Both the position numbers and the translations under genes were made by a program. From the NCBI GenBank assembly GCA_977017645.1, contig OZ360228.1, positions 122,822,001 to 122,886,000 of the forward strand: DNA of 64,000 bases, in the 5' to 3' direction. Below, piece after piece: positions 63,004 to 64,000 of this stretch (position 1 is its first letter; every line of letters begins with the position of its first letter). This DNA is from Torpedo marmorata. Its lineage: Eukaryota. The notes beneath the pieces are model-generated. The model was not told where the DNA came from and made no database searches. It saw only the letters and a program-made list of their open reading frames with translations.

Positions 63004-63801
63004 CACCATGGAAAACAACCTTTCTACATCTATTCTGTCCATGCCTTTCTACATTCAAAATGTTTCAATGAGATCCCCTCTCATTCTCCTAAATTCCAAC
63101 AAGTACAAGCCAAGAGCCATCAAATGTTCCTCTTATGATAACCCTTTCATTCCCAGAATCATCCTTGTGAACCTCGTCTGAGCCCTCTCTAGCGTCAGCA
63201 CATCCTTTCTTAAATGAGGAGCCCAAAACTACTCACAATACTCCAAGTGAGGTCTCACTAGTGTCTTATAAAGAGAGGGAATAGGTCTCCTACTTGAGAG
63301 AGTAGAGTGATTTTCCCTCTCCCCTATGGTTTTTCTTGACTTGGGAAGTCCCTTGTTTTATGCTCTGCGCAGCCATTTGGGATTAGGTCATCCCGACTGG
63401 AACGGCATTAGCAGAGGGCAAGGTTGACACAAGGTAGGCAGGTCAGGAGCAAGCTCCTACCTTCTGGCAGCCAGGATGAACGAGAGGAAGTGCTTACACC
63501 ACTGAACCCCATCACAAGCTGGAAATCAATCGAGAAAACAAGCCTTGCCACTCAAGTCGTCACGGTCATGCACATTAGGACTCTCAGCTGCATGGGCTAT
63601 GTGCCACAGTCTATAAAAATGTCAGTGCAACAATAATTAAGAGGCACAGGCTAGCTACTGAGTGATTAGCTTTCTTTCACCAGACCACAATGAACAAGTC
63701 CATCAGACGAGCAAAGGGTTATTAACTTTTTGTTTTTCTTTTAATGAAGTATTTCACCTACCATTAAACAGCCTGGTTAATGTGAGTCACCAACAAATAA
63801 T

Positions 63802-63861
63802 GGGGGTGTGAATCCAGATACAAACCCAACGGGGGGGTATGAATCCAGATACAAACCCAAC
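63802..63861. repeat. ~31-bp tandem duplication
   Basis: gggggt(g/a)tgaatccagatacaaacccaac twice. Confidence 0.85.
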
Positions 63862-64000
63862 TGACTCAACCCAACCACATTTAGGGTCACAATCATGTTC
63901 CTGTGAGGTGGTACTTTCTGTGGTCTTTTGTAACAAGTTTATCTGTGTTGCGTTTCCTAACATTTTACAGACCATCAAACAGGTCCTGATAAATATGCAC

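Larger units (their letters stand above)
62498..63272 (-). mobile_element. CR1-type 3' fragment interrupted by a PLE fold-back
   Basis: Reverse complement matches 27045-27606. Confidence 0.87.
10691..64000 (-). other. BCL11B: BCL11B last intron (presumed; continues beyond window)
   Basis: Starts at the acceptor AG; no upstream BCL11B exon recognised; content is repeats and non-coding sequence. Confidence 0.75.

Noticed and set aside
1-64000. CRISPR arrays, operons or other prokaryotic systems
   Set aside because: Eukaryotic intron/exon and TE content; no regularly spaced repeat-spacer array.

Overview
Vertebrate genomic DNA, most likely a cartilaginous fish (inferred from the HE1/V-SINE-like, CR1, Rex1 and Penelope repeat mix; the species cannot be determined). 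The only functional coding sequence is the large terminal exon of BCL11B on the minus strand (8694-10690, six C2H2 fingers). Downstream of it (lower coordinates) is a transposon-free stretch that is probably a long 3' UTR. Upstream (10691-64000) are more than 53 kb of repeat-rich sequence, presumably its last intron. That region holds CR1, Rex1/Babar, L1 and Penelope retroelements, tRNA-derived V-SINEs, hAT/Tigger/Harbinger DNA elements, a small solo-LTR-like insert and three assembly gaps. The most notable observations are: (1) a 5' fragment of ACTR5 fused to a Tigger-type terminal repeat (Pack-TIR-like capture); (2) short Penelope-derived fold-back insertions with 10-15 bp TSDs carrying minimal hammerhead-ribozyme motifs with covarying stems; (3) a Tigger derivative whose transposase core is replaced by a hairpin with ~98 bp arms; (4) a 5'-inverted (twin-primed) L1; (5) a hAT-ended palindrome built from two SINE tails; (6) a locally duplicated enhancer-like segment. 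Family assignments were made by eye from recalled motifs without database searches, and repeat boundaries without TSDs are approximate.
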